This document shows, in pieces, positions 12,882-26,603 of a DNA stretch of 64,000 bases (position 1 is the stretch's first letter; each line of letters opens with the position of its first letter). The stretch covers positions 3,200,001 to 3,264,000 of the forward strand of contig CM000150.2 in assembly GCA_000004695.1 (NCBI GenBank). The letters run 5' to 3'. The position numbers were made by a program, and so were the translations under genes. The DNA comes from Dictyostelium discoideum (taxonomy: Eukaryota). Under the pieces are notes generated by a model. The model had not been told where the DNA came from. It worked only from the letters and a program-made list of their open reading frames with translations, and searched no databases.

Positions 12882-13897
12882 TTTTTTTTTGTGTAAAAAT
12901 AGTAAATAAAAAAAAATCAATAATATAAATAACTTTTATGATAATAAAATCAAGTCTTTTTTTTTGTTTTTTTTATTTGATAACAATTTTATTTTTTTAT
13001 TTTTTATTTTAATTAAGGTGTGGAACATTTGAAAATTCAAATCACTAATTAATATCACCTGAAGAAGCGTTCTGTGGGATAAAAATAAAATTTAAAAAAA
13101 ATCAAAAAAAATCAAAAAAAAAAAAATCAAAAAAAATAAAATAAAATAGGTACGAAAAAAAAAAAAAAAAATAACAACAAAGAATTTTTTTTCATTTTTT
13201 TTTTTATTTTCACTTTTTTTTTTTTTTCTAACCACAGAAAATTAAAATAAAAACATAACTATATATACATAAATATTAAATATTTAACATATATATTTTT
13301 TGTAAATAATAAAAAAAAAAAAAAAACACAAAAAATAAAAAAAAAAAATAAAAAAAAAAAAATAAAAAAAACATATATAAAAAATTATACATATTTTAAT
13401 AACTGTAAAGATTTTTGGTTTGATTATTAATTTAATTTAAACAAGATCCTTTTGTAGTCTAAAATAAAATAAAATAAATAAATAAATAGATAATTAAATT
13501 AATAATAAAATAAATAAGTTTAGGTAATTTTTTTAAATTTTTAAAAAAAAAAAAAAAATTAAAGGTAACACATGTGATAAATTAGAAATTTTTATTAAGT
13601 CTTCATAATATCACCAAATTCCCCATCATAACCAAGTGGTGGTGAATATGGGGGAAATATTTTTTTAAAAAAAAAAAAAAAATAAAAAAAACATAAAAAT
13701 TTTATTTTTATAAAAAAAAAAAAAAAATAAAAAAAAAAACATATCACAATAACTGAAACACTTCTAACTACCATAATAATAAATTTTTATTTTTTATAAA
13801 TCAATTTACAAAAAAACCACCCCCTCCCCCTTTCCCCCACTGCCAAATTAAATAATAATAAATTAAAAAAATAAAAAAATAAAATTAAAATAATAAG

Positions 13898-13940
<43 letters not shown>

Positions 13941-14579
13941 AACAATTAGTCTCAACTTTAGATTTTGATTTTTTATTAAATTAAATCATATTTATATAGT
14001 TAATAAATACTATCGCATAAATATAGTCAAATTATTATTTGTTTTTTTTTTTATAAAAAATTATAATAATAATATTTATTTGATAAATTTTTTTTTTTTT
14101 TCTTTTTCCAGCATTCTTTTTTCCATTTTTCCTTTTTTCTTTTTTTATATATAAAAAATCACTCCTATTTTCTTTTTGTTTTTTAAAAAAATAAAATAAA
14201 AAATCTTTAATTAGTGATTATAGTAGACCTAAATTCAAAGTAAATAATAAAAACAACCACTTACCATTTTTCCCCTTTTCCCCAATATTCCCAACCTCAT
14301 AGAAAAAAAAAAAAAAAAAAAAAAAAATTCACACACACATTCCACATTTTTTTCCTTTTTAATTTAATCTATAGATATTATAGACAAATAAATATTTAAT
14401 AATAATAAATAGCAATATTTCTGCATATATTTTATTTTTTTAAAAAATTTTTAATTTAATTTGTTTTTTTGTTTTTTTTTATTTTTTTTTTTATTTTTCT
14501 TTAAAAAATATTTAAACACTAACTTTTTTTTCATTTTCATTTTTCTTTTATTTATAAAATCATTTATAGAATCAAATAA

Positions 14580-14636
14580 TAATAATATCAAAGTATAAAT
14601 ATAATAAATATAATAAATATAATAAATATAATATAA

Positions 14637-14683
<47 letters not shown>

Positions 14684-14707
14684 ATTTATTTCTTTCAAAA
14701 ATATATA

Positions 14708-14782
<75 letters not shown>

Positions 14783-14790
14783 ACAAATAA
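14580..14790. repeat. Compound (AAAT)n / (ATAAAT)n microsatellite block in the promoter region of the TauE/SafE gene.
   Basis: aaataaataaat... runs at about 14636-14686 and 14709-14784, with (ataaat)n before them. Confidence 0.9.
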
Positions 14791-14844
14791 ATCGATTAAA
14801 TAATTTCTATTTTTAAAAAAAATAGAAAGAAATAAAATAAAAAA

Positions 14845-16901
<2,057 letters not shown>

Positions 16902-17077
16902 TATTTGATGTTGTTATTGTTTTTGTTAATATATTTCCTTTGATTGTTGTATTTAGGATACAATGATTTAATATAGTAACAATATAGTAATAATAAAAAA
17001 AAAATAAAAAAAAAAAATAAAAATAAAACCATATAAACCTTTTTTTTTCTTTTGTTTTCTACAAATTTAAGTAAACT

Positions 17078-17297
17078 TTACTTTATTAATATTAATTCTG
17101 CATTGCTATAATTTAATATGTAACCTAGATAACTTAAAACCTTTTCTTTTGTTTCAATTGGTAGTGGACTAGAATTTGAAGAATTAAAAAGTACATAGCT
17201 AAAAGGTTTTTGTAAATTTTCTATTGATGAGTTTTGGTCTATTTCTGAATTTGAGGTTGCTGTTTTTGTATTTGGTGATATCGTTTTATTATTATTA

Positions 17298-17335
<38 letters not shown>

Positions 17336-17587
17336 TTCAAGATCTGATTTAATCTTTATTTGATTCATATTTTTTAAAATGAACCAATGTCTTGCCTCAT
17401 AGAGTGAAAATATTCTAAATGAAATTGTGTTTATTAAAATACCATGTATTTCATCTAAATTCAAATCTTCAATTTTTTCTCTTTTATCAAACCATTGTAT
17501 ATCATATCCATTGCTAGTTAGGGCTTTTACTAATACATTTGCATCATAATCACCAAGACCTCTAATATTTAAATATTAAAAATGATG

Positions 17588-17681
<94 letters not shown>

Positions 17682-18041
17682 CAAAATAAAACAAAATAAA
17701 ACAAATAAAATAAAATAAAAAAACTTATTATTACATACAATACACTTTTATGTGGGTTAATAAATCTATTGGTTATATCAATTTCATATGCTATATCATT
17801 CATATCCTTTTGTGTAAACTTTTGATATTGAAACTATTTTTAAAATTTTTTAATTATTTTTGTTTATTATATAGATTAATGGTAAGAATTAATATATGAT
17901 GAATTTGAGTTATTCATTTATGAGGCAACTACATACAAAATTATTTAAAGAATGAAGTCCACACAGTTTTTTCCTTTGCCTCTCAAAGTAAAGTTCAGTT
18001 GGTTGAGTTTCTTTTTTCTTTTTTTTATTACTATTTGACAT
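17078..18041 (-). CDS. Josephin-domain (ataxin-3-like deubiquitinase) protein, join(17078..17559,17746..17833,17937..18041).
   Basis: Exon 1 encodes MSNSNKKKKKETQPTELYFERQRKKLCGLHSLNNF. This is the Josephin N-terminal catalytic-Cys region, compare ...IFHEKQEGSLCAQHCLNNLLQ. It ends with a GTATGT donor. Exon 2 encodes FQYQKFTQKDMNDIAYEIDITNRFINPHK. Exon 3 encodes SLGDYDANVLVKALTSNGYDIQWFDK...EARHWFILKNMNQ..., compare HWFTVRKLG. Phases are consistent. Intron 2 contains (AAT)n, and its GTGTAT donor is weak. Confidence 0.55.
17591..17678. repeat. (AAT)n of about 29 units inside the proposed Josephin intron 2.
   Basis: Perfect aat trinucleotide repeat. Confidence 0.9.
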
Positions 18042-18129
18042 TTATTAATATATCTATATTTTATTATATATGTATATATGTGGATTTTGCTAATGTGAAT
18101 ATTTAATTTGAAATTTTTCACACAATATG

Positions 18130-18174
<45 letters not shown>

Positions 18175-18335
18175 AAAAAATAATTTTTTATTTTTTTATT
18201 TAAATTAATTATTTTATTAGTGATAGATATTTGTTTACATTATCAAGATTATTTCATTTTAAATTATTTTTCTAAGAATTCAAAAAAACTTTAATTCAAC
18301 ATTGTTTATATTACAAAAATTGATAAAAAAAATGA

Positions 18336-18336
18336 A

Positions 18337-18367
<31 letters not shown>

Positions 18368-18372
18368 ATGAA

Positions 18373-18466
<94 letters not shown>
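18336..18466. repeat. (AAAT)n tetranucleotide microsatellite of about 32 units.
   Basis: aaataaataaat... with a single aaatgaat variant. Confidence 0.95.
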
Positions 18467-18468
<2 letters not shown>

Positions 18469-18680
18469 AAAAAAACAAAATAAAAAAATAAAAAAACAAA
18501 AATAAAAATAAAAAATAAAAAAATAAATACAGAATTTTAATTTATTGGTGTGGGAATTGAAATATTTAGTAAAATTAAATTTAATGAATAAAAACATAAT
18601 TTTTTTTAATTTTTTTTTTTTTTTTTTTTTAATTTCAAGTTCAACACTGTGTTAACATTTAGTTTATAATTCAAATACAA

Positions 18681-19264
18681 ATGTCAGAACCATATAAGCC
18701 ATCTACATTAAAACATGGAGAGGTAATTAAAAATTTAATTTTTATAAAAAAAAAAAAAAAAAAATTAACATATCATTTTTAAAATAATAAAGGAACTATG
18801 CCAAGAATTGGCATCAAACAATTCAATTGATTCAGTTGGTATTTTGGATGATGAAGGAAATACTATCGCATCAAAAGGATTTAATATTACACCACAAGAA
18901 TTCAAAGATATTAAATACATTTTAATAAATGATAAACCAGATTATAAATTGGGAACAATTACCATCAACAATGTGACATATAATGAATTAACAAAGTATA
19001 GTGATGGCCTATATTATGCAAAAGCTGGAGAAACTGGTTGTGTAATTGCTAAAAATGTAAATATTCATCCATTTATTTATTTAAAATACTTGTTAAAAAT
19101 ATTTTTTATTAAAACAAGTTCTTTTATTTATTTATTTATTTTCTTTTTAAAAGATTAAATCTCTTATTGTAGCTACATTACATTGTAAACACACATCTTC
19201 TTTATTTGACGCATGTGAAAAAATAAAATCGACATCTCAATTTATTAAGTTTGATGGATATTAA
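18681..19264 (+). CDS. Divergent profilin-like protein, join(18681..18722,18793..19056,19154..19264), about 137 aa.
   Basis: The spliced product is MSEPYKPSTLKHGE|ELCQELASNNSIDSVGILDDEGNTIASKGFNITPQEFKDIKYILINDKPDYKLGTITINNVTYNELTKYSDGLYYAKAGETGCVIAKN|IKSLIVATLHCKHTSSLFDACEKIKSTSQFIKFDGY*. It has the same length and secondary pattern as profilin, compare ...AILGANDGGVWAQSSGINVTPQE...GGQKYMVIQGEPG.V.RGKKG.GGV.IKKTNQALIFGIYDEP...LGDYLI. Donors are GTAATT and GTAAAT. Confidence 0.55.
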
Positions 19265-19380
19265 ACAATGATATAAAAATTGTCACTTTAAATTTCTTTA
19301 AATAAAAAATTTTATTTTAATTATTAAAAACAATTATTTGAACTTCAAATTATTTGAATTTGAATTTTTTTTTTTTTGAA

Positions 19381-19480
19381 TTGGATAACGCAATTATTAG
19401 TTGCTTCTCCTTGAGATGCTAGATCTCATTTTATTTTTAGTTTTTTTTTTTTTTTACAGGGTCTCTAAAAGAGGGGTTAC

Positions 19481-19521
<41 letters not shown>

Positions 19522-19814
19522 TTTCGAATTTTGAATTGTATTATTACTTTTGATTAAAACATCTTTTTTGTCCAAACTTTTTTCTAAATCTTTTTTTATT
19601 TTATCGTCTGGTTGGTGATTGATGTTTATGACGTATTTGAATTGTTTTTTTTTTAATTGAGTTTTATCCACAATTTCGCTTATTTTTTGTAGGCATTTGT
19701 GTTGCTTAATATTTGTGGTGTTGTTTGTGATTTTCATCTTATTTTCTTTCTATTTTTTTTATTTTTCTTTAAAAAGTTAAAAATCTGGAAATTTTCTGAT
19801 TGACTTGGGTTCCC

Positions 19815-19881
<67 letters not shown>

Positions 19882-20371
19882 TTATTTATAGAAAGTACTG
19901 AGTGAATTATTGTATTTTTTGAGATGTTTAGGAAGTTCTATTGCGTGAAGAGGTGAGTTCCATTGTCTGCTAAATTGTAATAGCTTCAGCGAGATTAGTG
20001 AGTCTAATTTATTTTGTTCTTCTGGCCGTTGCTTTGATTTGATTCTTAATGTTTTGTCTATAACCGCTTGTGTCCTGTCCCATGCAGCTCTTTGTGTTTT
20101 AATTAGTTCACGTATGACTTGTTGTCTGTGAATTATTATTTCTTTTTCATCGTGAACGAGTTTGTTTCTTTTGTGCCAAATTTTTTCGAATATAATAGCT
20201 ATTAAATTGGCTACTAGTGCAATTTGTAGATGGTTTAAAATCTTCACATTCCAGGTGTGAGTGGTGTGTCCACACTTAGTTAGGGTGTAGTTGAAGATTT
20301 CTTGTGTGTTTTTGATGTGGGCTTTGCAGTTGAAGAATATATGTTCTGAAGTCTCATCTTCCCCACACTTT
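19381..20371 (-). mobile_element. 5'-truncated TRE5-A (tRNA-gene-targeted non-LTR retrotransposon) 3' fragment. Reading along the minus strand, it runs from the ORF2 C-terminal remnant, through poly(A), the B-module-like segment with the ORF1 start, and the C-module, to an oligo(A) tail.
   Basis: On the minus strand the ORF2 tail reads ...KCGEDETSEHIFFNCKAHIKNTQEIF...ANLIAIIFEKIWHKRNKLVHDEKE...STFYK*. A ~70-nt A-run follows, then a segment identical to the 5' UTR and first 86 codons of ORF1 (MKITNNTTNIKQHKCLQKISEIVDKTQLKKKQFKYVININH...). Then comes the C-module ...agaccctgtaaaaa...gatctagcatctcaaggagaagcaactaataattgcgttatccaattc and oligo(A). Confidence 0.75.
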
Positions 20372-20378
20372 CATGAAT
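19882..20378 (-). pseudogene. TRE5-A ORF2 C-terminal remnant (Cys/His zinc-knuckle region), 5'-truncated.
   Basis: The open frame KCGEDETSEHIFFNCKAHIK...IWHKRNKLVHDEKEIIIHRQQ...STFYK* has no start codon. It parallels the second ORF2 tail in this window, 57066..57666 (SCKEEESSMHIFFECKSIKQ...SIWYRRNQIKF). Confidence 0.75.
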
Positions 20379-20386
20379 TCGATTTT
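20372..20386. repeat. Target-site duplication (left copy) of the TRE5-A.2-like insertion.
   Basis: catgaattcgatttt is found at 20372-20386 and again at 22772-22786, exactly flanking the element. Confidence 0.7.
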
Positions 20387-20701
20387 TTTTTTTTTGAATA
20401 ACGCAATTATTATTTGCTTCTCCTTGAGATGCTAGATCTCATTTTATTTTTTTTTTTTTTTACAGGGTCTTTTTGATTAAAACATCTTTTTTGTCCAAAC
20501 TTTTTTCTAAATCTTTTTTTATTTTATCGTCTGGTTCGTGATTGATGTTTATGACGTATTTGAATTGTTTTTTTTTTAATTGAGTTTTATCCACAATTTC
20601 GCTTATTTTTTGTAGGCATTTGTGTTGCTTAATATTTGTGGTGTTGTTTGTGATTTTCATTTTATTTTCTTTCTATCTTTTTTATTTTTCTGATTAACTT
20701 G

Positions 20702-20760
<59 letters not shown>

Positions 20761-22465
20761 TTATAGAAAGTACTGAGTGAATTATTGTATTTTTTGAGAT
20801 GTTTAGGAAGTTCTATTACGGGTGTTGATGATGATTTGTGACACCCCTTGTCCTGTTTTATCAATTGGTGCGTGGTGTGTTATTTTGTTTTTATATTGTT
20901 GATTTATTGAGTAAATTTTATTTGTTTTTATATTTGTTTCAGTTAGAAGTGCTGCGTCCAGCTTGTTGTTGTCTAAAACGGTGTTTATTATGCTGGCAGA
21001 TTGGATGGTGTTGGATCCTTGGACGTTCCAAACACCTATTCTTATTGTGTTTTTCTTTATAGTTTTATTTGGGGTAGATTTTTATCTACCTTTTGAAGTT
21101 TCTGGTTTATTTTGTCTTCTAACTGATCTTTACTTTGTTCGTTGTGTTGTTGGTCTTGTGTGTTTGTGGGGTTTTTTGATTTATTGATTTGTTTTAGAAT
21201 TTCCTTGTTGAAGTTGTCTATATCTTCATCCATTTTTGTTTTTATGCTTTTTTGTCCATATTCACCCAATTTTGGTTTGACTGGTGTTTTGTTGGTCTTG
21301 TTTGTTTTGTCTTGTTGTTTCTTTTTTGGTGTGTTTAACAATTTACTTGGTGAATCGATAATTTTCGATGGTGTACCATAGGTTGGGCTGAAACTCATGA
21401 TATGTTTTATTGGAGAGGAGAAGAACCATTGATTTGAAGGGATTGAAAGTGGGAATTCTATTTTTCTTATTGCATCAGTGTTTGGGCTGGTGAAGTCGAA
21501 GATATCATTTGCCTCTCTAAGTTTTTCTTCCGTTGTTAGTCCCTTTGTTTCGCCGTGTTGTTTTATTGGTGTATTGTATGGAGATGGTGGTTCGATAGGT
21601 TTTTCTGATTTTGTTTTAATTTCTTGATTGTTTATCGATTGTGTATTGATCTCATTCTCTATTCTTGTTAGTTCATCTACGTTTTCTAGTGATGCTTCTA
21701 TTACCTTTTGAGCTGTATCATCTAGGGCCATAAATGTTTTATCATTAGATGAGGATGTGATTGGTGGGATAATGATTGTTCTTTTTCCTTGTTTGGTATT
21801 TGTTCTGATGTAGAGTGTGGTTGTTGTTCATCTGATTGTTTTTTATTTTTGTTTTCTTCTTGATTTTCTGGTAATGAGGTTTGATCTCTCCATCCTTTGT
21901 TGGAGTGTCCAATTAATGTTAGATTGTCTAGTTCAATGATAGTGTCAAATTCTTCTACGACTCTTTTCACTGTTTTGATAATTAGAGTTTCGCCTTTAAT
22001 TTCTGATTTAATTAGTTTACATCCTTCATTTTCTATTACCCATTCTATTTCTGTGAGTGATTTATACCAATCAAAATCTGTATACATATTTTTTGGTCTT
22101 ATAGTGGTTATAAATTGTCCTTTTAATTCTGCATCAAACATATTTACAAAATAGATTACTGTACTAATACTGTCTGTGAGAATTTTGAATGTATTATTAC
22201 TTTTGATTAAAACATCTTTTTTGTCCAAACTTTTTTCTAAATCTTTTTTTATTTTATCGTCTGGTTCGTGATTGATGTTTATGACGTATTTGAATTGTTT
22301 TTTTTTTAATTGAGTTTTATCCACAATTTCGCTTATTTTTTGTAGGCATTTGTGTTGCTTAATATTTGTGGTGTTGTTTGTGATTTTCATTTTATTTTCT
22401 TTCTATCTTTTTTATTTTTCTTTAAAAAGTTAAAAATCTGGAAATTTTCTAATTAACTTGGTTCC

Positions 22466-22510
<45 letters not shown>

Positions 22511-22771
22511 TCTTTTTTATATGAAAAATGAAATAATCAAAAAAAGAGATTGTTGTTGTTGTTTGTTTTTTTCGATCTGATTATTTTTTGCTTTTTTTTT
22601 GAAAATTTTGCTACGCAAAATTCTCAAAACGAAACAAATAATAAATTACAATAAAGTAAAAAGATGGCTTTTTAAAATAGTTTATTTATTTATTTATTTG
22701 TTTTTTAAGTCTTTTTTATATGAAAAATGAAATAATCAAAAAAAGAGATTGTTGTTGTTGTTTGTTTTTTT
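20387..22771 (-). mobile_element. TRE5-A.2-like element, about 2.4 kb on the minus strand. The order is duplicated A-module, B-module with the ORF1 start, ORF1, a short 5' stub of ORF2 joined by internal deletion to the last ~60 bp of ORF2, poly(A), B-like segment with ORF1 N-terminus, C-module, and oligo(A).
   Basis: The 5' end at 22771 is 47 bp from the 5' end of tRNA-Thr at 22818. This matches the known TRE5-A integration preference of about 48 bp upstream of tRNA genes, with the element 5' end proximal. The copy is flanked by 15-bp direct repeats. Its internal structure matches the described 2.6-kb ORF2-deleted TRE5-A.2 class. The oligo(A) tail is 20387..20395. Confidence 0.8.
21057..22390 (-). 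CDS. TRE5-A ORF1 (about 445 aa), present as two overlapping frames 21722..22390 and 21057..21731. A frameshift near 21725 disrupts it.
   Basis: The N-terminal frame reads MKITNNTTNIKQHKCLQKISEIVDK...HLMIKHLWP*. The C-terminal frame reads MALDDTAQKVIEASLENVDELTRIENE...LPQIKL*. Their sum matches the ~51-kDa ORF1 of TRE5-A. The same N-terminal 66-86 codons recur at 20460..20660 and 19477..19737. Confidence 0.7.
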
Positions 22772-22776
22772 TCATG
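22508..22776. repeat. Tandem duplication with a 199-bp period at the 5' end of the TRE5-A copy (A-module duplication; the second copy is partial).
   Basis: tcttttttatatgaaaaatgaaataatcaaaaaaagagattgttgttgttgtttgttttttt occurs at 22508-22575 and again at 22707-22776. TRE5-A is known to carry about 200-bp A-modules, often duplicated. Confidence 0.7.
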
Positions 22777-22786
22777 AATTCGATTT
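22772..22786. repeat. Target-site duplication (right copy) of the TRE5-A.2-like insertion.
   Basis: catgaattcgatttt, identical to 20372-20386. Confidence 0.7.
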
Positions 22787-22817
22787 TATTCCCTGTTGAA
22801 TTAATTAATTTCCAAAA

Positions 22818-22889
22818 TGGCTCCTTAGCATAGTGGTATTGCGCTTCCCTAGTAAGGAAGAGGTCATGAGTTCGATCCTCATAGGAGCC
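22818..22889 (+). tRNA. tRNA-Thr (anticodon AGT/AGU).
   Basis: GGCTCCTTAGCATAGTGGTATTGCGCTTCCCTAGTAAGGAAGAGGTCATGAGTTCGATCCTCATAGGAGCC+T. The acceptor stem has 7 bp (GGCTCCT/AGGAGCC). The A box is TAGCATAGTGG. The anticodon stem CTTCC/GGAAG has loop CTAGTAA. The T arm is ATGAG-TTCGATC-CTCAT. No intron. Confidence 0.9.
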
Positions 22890-22923
22890 TTTTATATAAA
22901 TATAAATCTGAACCATATATCGC

Positions 22924-22934
22924 AGGTTCGATTC
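22924..22934 (+). promoter_or_regulatory. External B box (ex-B), a Dictyostelium-specific extra TFIIIC site about 35 bp downstream of tRNA-Thr.
   Basis: GGTTCGATTCT matches the B-box consensus GGTTCGANTCC at 10 of 11 positions, 35 bp past the tRNA 3' end. Many D. discoideum tRNA genes carry such a duplicated downstream B box. Confidence 0.55.
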
Positions 22935-23231
22935 TTTTCCGAGGTAATCGAGAAGATTTTGCAAGATTCTAAATCACTTCTATCTTGATGGGTTTTTCAT
23001 TTATTTTAATATTAAAAAAAAAAAAAGATATAGATGTATATTCGATGCAAATGCATTTTTTATCTTTAAAGGGAATAAATTTTAAAAAATAAATAAAAAA
23101 TTATAGGATGTATAAAGAATAGAAAATTTCCTTCTTTTTTTTTCATTTACATGAATTTTATTTTAACTTATAACACACAAGCATTATAAATGCGAACATA
23201 ATTTCTTTCTTTTTTTTTCATTTTTACCATT

Positions 23232-25257
<2,026 letters not shown>

Positions 25258-25378
25258 GTTATTGTTATAATTATTAAATATTTTTATTAGTATTAGTATT
25301 ATTATTATTGTTACTTTACAATAATTTGTATTTTTTTTTATTTTATTTTTTTTTATTTTTTTTAATATTTAAACCTAC

Positions 25379-25869
25379 ATCTGTTTGAATTACTATTTAA
25401 TTTCCTTATTACAGATGAAGAGCTTATTTGTCTCTCAAGTCTAAAAACACCATTTTCAAATATTAATAAACATTCCATCTCTTTACAAGGTTTATATGCA
25501 CCAAAGAAATCGAATTTCTCATTAGTTGATGTATGATTATGCTGTATATGAATTGAGCCTTGATTCATCTTTATTAACGCTTTACTTGTATCCAGACTCT
25601 TGGGTTTAAGATTATCTATTATAAATTATTATTATTATTATTATTATTTTTATTTATTATTATAATTGTTTTTTTTTTTAATTAATTTTTAAAAACAGTA
25701 GACTAAAAATATTTATATATTTATTAAAAAAAAAAAAAAAGTGATACTTACATTGTAATGTATGATATTGTTCATTATTAACAAAATCACTATCCCTCTC
25801 CATTGTGGGACCTATTTCAACATCATATGTCATATCATTCTCTGGTTGTTTAATATTTGATGTTGCCAT
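25379..25869 (-). CDS. EAF (ELL-associated factor) N-terminal domain exons, join(25379..25615,25752..25869). The exon-2 donor at 25373-25378 (GTAGGT) is phase 1. If it is not used, the frame stops at 25362.
   Basis: Exon 1 encodes MATSNIKQPENDMTYDVEIGPTMERDSDFVNNEQYHTLQ and ends with a GTAAGT donor. Exon 2 encodes YNLKPKSLDTSKALIKMNQGSIHIQHNHTSTNEKFDFFGAYKPCKEMECLLIFENGVFRLERQISSSSVIRK.... The product is collinear with the EAF1/2 N-domain (..FHTIRYDFKPASIDTS.....[39 protein letters not shown]). Confidence 0.6.
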
Positions 25870-26603
25870 CTATCTAAATATATTTACAATACTGATTTTT
25901 CTTTTCTTTTTCTTTTTTTTTTTTTTTTTTTTTTTCCTATTAGAAAAAAATATTAAAAAAATAAAAAAATGAAAAAATATATAAAAAAAAAAATTTTAAA
26001 AAAATTAAAAAATACAGTTATTAGATAGTAATAAAAAATTAAAAAAAAAAAAAAAAAAAAAAAGAATAATATAATAAAATAAAAAAAAAAGAAACATTGA
26101 ATTATTTTTGTTGGTAATGGTTGACAAATAAAATTAAAAAAAAAAAAGAGAAAAAAAAAAACTTTTCATTTTTTTTTTTTTTTTTTTTTTTATTATTTTT
26201 CTTTTTTTTTTTAATTTATTTTTTTTTTTTTTTTTGGACTTAGTGTAAATAATGTGTTAAAATAAAAAGAAAAAAGGTGGTTTAAATTTAAATTTCTAAA
26301 AATATCTCACAAAAAAATAAAAAATAAAATAAAAAAATAAAATAAAAAAATAAAATAAAAAAATAAAAATAACTAAAAAAAGATAATAATTTTTTTTTTT
26401 ACTTTTTTTTTTTTTTTTTATTTTTTTTATTTTTAAATAGATATATAAATAATTGATTAATTTAGTTTTTTTTTTTTCCTTTTTTTTTTTTCCTTTTTTT
26501 TTTTTTTTCCTTTTTAGATTTTCTTTTTTTTTTTTTCCTTATTCCAAAGTTAACTTTTTTTTTTTTTTTTTTTTTTAAAATTTAAATTTAAAATTTTTGA
26601 AAT

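Noticed and set aside
13590-13660. Possible minus-strand terminal micro-exon (...PPLGYDGEFGDIMKT*) in otherwise intergenic DNA.
   Set aside because: It is too short, has no upstream exon with a usable donor within a reasonable distance, and has no recognisable homology.
25314-25379. Direct splice of EAF exon 2 (donor 25373-78) to the nearest AG (25314/25315), a tidy 66-nt intron.
   Set aside because: Coordinate arithmetic shows the join is out of frame with the downstream 630-aa ORF, and the first codon would be TAA. The in-frame acceptors are further downstream, at 25109 and 25100.
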